Of a DNA stretch of 64,000 nt, positions 62,635 to 64,000 are shown piece by piece. This stretch comes from a virus (lineage: Duplodnaviria > Caudoviricetes): IMG/VR virus record IMGVR_UViG_3300014208_000027, positions 128,001-192,000 of that record, one strand, 5' to 3'. The notes below the pieces were generated by a model. The model saw only the letters and a list, made by a program, of their open reading frames with translations, was not told the DNA's origin and did not search any database. Both the position numbers and the translations under genes were made by a program. Each line of letters opens with the position of its first letter. Position 1 is the first letter of the stretch.

Positions 62635-63759
62635 ATGACATTCGTTAGTTCTATCTCGGAAGAGACACTAAAACAAATTGCGGACCTTATTGTGGATGGC
62701 TATGGAAACAAGTATATTTTTGAACAATTTAATTTTGCGTTTTCTCACAAAGTGATTTATAGAGCTGCAAAAAAATTTGGTGTCTATGAACGATTAAAAG
62801 AAAATAACAAAAAAACGAAATCTTTTGCTATTAAGGATCGAGTAAAGAATTCTGCTTACGAAAGATATGTTGAGTTTGATGCGAAATACGGTGAAGACGT
62901 TAAAAGAATGATAAATGACGGATTTCATATGAGCAAAATCTTAGTAGAGCTTGATCTTTGGCAGTCTTTTTTTACGAAATATTTAAAATGGAAAGATGCC
63001 GATGGGGGTTTGAAAAATCAGTTGTCAATCAACTCTGAGAGAGTTATTCGCGAAAATGGGTTGCGTAACATACAGTGGATAAAAGAAAATGTCGTTCCTT
63101 GGAATAAGAAAACAATTACTAACGACATTGCTCTTTACTACAAAGAACTGGTTGAGAATGGGCTGTATAGAGCACAAATCACTCGGTCTATGAAAAAAAT
63201 ATATGATATTGGGCCAAAAAAAGTTGCTGAGATTATAAAAACATATGGGAAACCAAACGTTAAGTGTGATGGCAAAGGGAAAAATAATCCAGCTTATGGA
63301 AAGACATACATAAAAGGCGGAAGAGGAATTGTTGGTTTTATTTTGGCGAGCGGGAAGAAAATTTACTTCAGAAGTTCATTAGAGATGAAAATATATTTTT
63401 ATTTACTTGAAAATGATGTTGCGTTTTCGCTTTCAAAACATTCAATAGAATATGAATTTGATGGGGCGAAGCGGACATATAACCCAGACATCGTAATTAG
63501 TGATGTGATTTATGAAATTAAACCCAGAAAATTGGTTTCTTTAAGAATCAATGTAGAGAAATTTAATGCACTAAAAAAATATTGTGAAAAGTTTAGCTTA
63601 AAATGCGATCATATTTTTGAGGATACATTTAACTGTAGTTTTATTGATTTAGATTATGTAGAACAAAAAATAAAGGACGGAATTTTGCTTTTAGACCAAA
63701 AACAAGAAGAGAGATTGAAGAGGATTATGAAATATGAGAGTAAAAATATCAAAAATTAA
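62635..63759 (+). CDS. Free-standing PD-(D/E)XK (TnsA-like) endonuclease inside the fractured recA (start moved to ATG 62635)
   Basis: GKNNPAYGK (NUMOD-like), YFRSSLE, RTYNPDIV...YEIKP; AGGAG SD. Confidence 0.75.
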   Translation: MTFVSSISEETLKQIADLIVDGYGNKYIFEQFNFAFSHKVIYRAAKKFGVYERLKENNKKTKSFAIKDRVKNSAYERYVEFDAKYGEDVKRMINDGFHMSKILVELDLWQSFFTKYLKWKDADGGLKNQLSINSERVIRENGLRNIQWIKENVVPWNKKTITNDIALYYKELVENGLYRAQITRSMKKIYDIGPKKVAEIIKTYGKPNVKCDGKGKNNPAYGKTYIKGGRGIVGFILASGKKIYFRSSLEMKIYFYLLENDVAFSLSKHSIEYEFDGAKRTYNPDIVISDVIYEIKPRKLVSLRINVEKFNALKKYCEKFSLKCDHIFEDTFNCSFIDLDYVEQKIKDGILLLDQKQEERLKRIMKYESKNIKN

Positions 63760-64000
63760 AGAATTGTTGTCTTCTGGAAAGAAAGTTAGAATCAAGAGTG
63801 TGGATGGGAGATTTGTAAGCGTTGGAAAATACATAGAAAAAGGAATCAAGGATACATACTGTGTTTTATTGCAGAACGGACTCTCCATTAAGGTATCGAA
63901 TCATCATAAATTTTTTTCTAACTCAGGTTGGTTAGAAACTAGACATTTAATTCCAGGAGAAACTAAACTCTTGTGTGATGATGGAAATTATTATGTCGTT
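63734..64000 (+). CDS. Split intein C-fragment (presumably fused to the RecA C-terminal half); runs off the window; not in ORF track
   Basis: GAGGA SD; MRVKISKIKELL...VRIKSVDG...EKGIKDTYCV...IKVSNHHKFF..SGWLETRHL (block B and downstream Hint motifs); open to position 64000. Confidence 0.8.
   Translation, partial: MRVKISKIKELLSSGKKVRIKSVDGRFVSVGKYIEKGIKDTYCVLLQNGLSIKVSNHHKFFSNSGWLETRHLIPGETKLLCDDGNYYVV

Noticed and set aside
62577-63733. Group I intron interrupting recA instead of a protein-level split
   Set aside because: Only 55 nt of non-coding sequence lie before the endonuclease and none after it; no P3-P9 core is recognisable, and the downstream fragment has its own SD and ATG. Only RT-PCR would exclude it fully.
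1-64000. Stop-codon reassignment (alternative genetic code), seen in some large phages
   Set aside because: Core genes are full length under the standard code, and TAA, TAG and TGA all end genes at the expected C-termini.

Overview
AT-rich segment of a large T4-like (myovirus-type) dsDNA phage genome, read with the standard genetic code. No tRNA, rRNA or CRISPR array was found. Gene order: fibre/collagen genes on the minus strand; an early small-gene cluster; RuvC, primase and a fused Mre11-Rad50; possible lysis genes; the head module (HNH, terminase large subunit, portal with a 150-aa mini-intein, prohead protease, ribosomal protein bS21, collagen fibre, glycosyltransferase, scaffold, major capsid protein, HNH); neck and tail (gp13/14/15-like, sheath, tube, tail chaperone with a probable +1 frameshift, tape measure, baseplate); and a replication block (short PolA-like, degenerate tubulin-like, gp32-like SSB, recA). 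Most striking: (1) recA is fractured at its P-loop by an atypically split intein with only a 13-aa N-fragment, and the free-standing endonuclease between the halves has its ribosome-binding site locked in a hairpin that contains a late promoter; (2) three accessory genes share an M(S)FNFK-x-LLxE leader, carry shuffled cargo domains (one ADP-ribosyltransferase-like) and look like capsid-packaged effectors, and one sits in a cassette bounded by a duplicated gene end; (3) a CTANTTA late-promoter motif often lies only 4-7 nt before start codons that have no Shine-Dalgarno (SD) sequence. All calls come from motif recognition by eye; no database searches were run.
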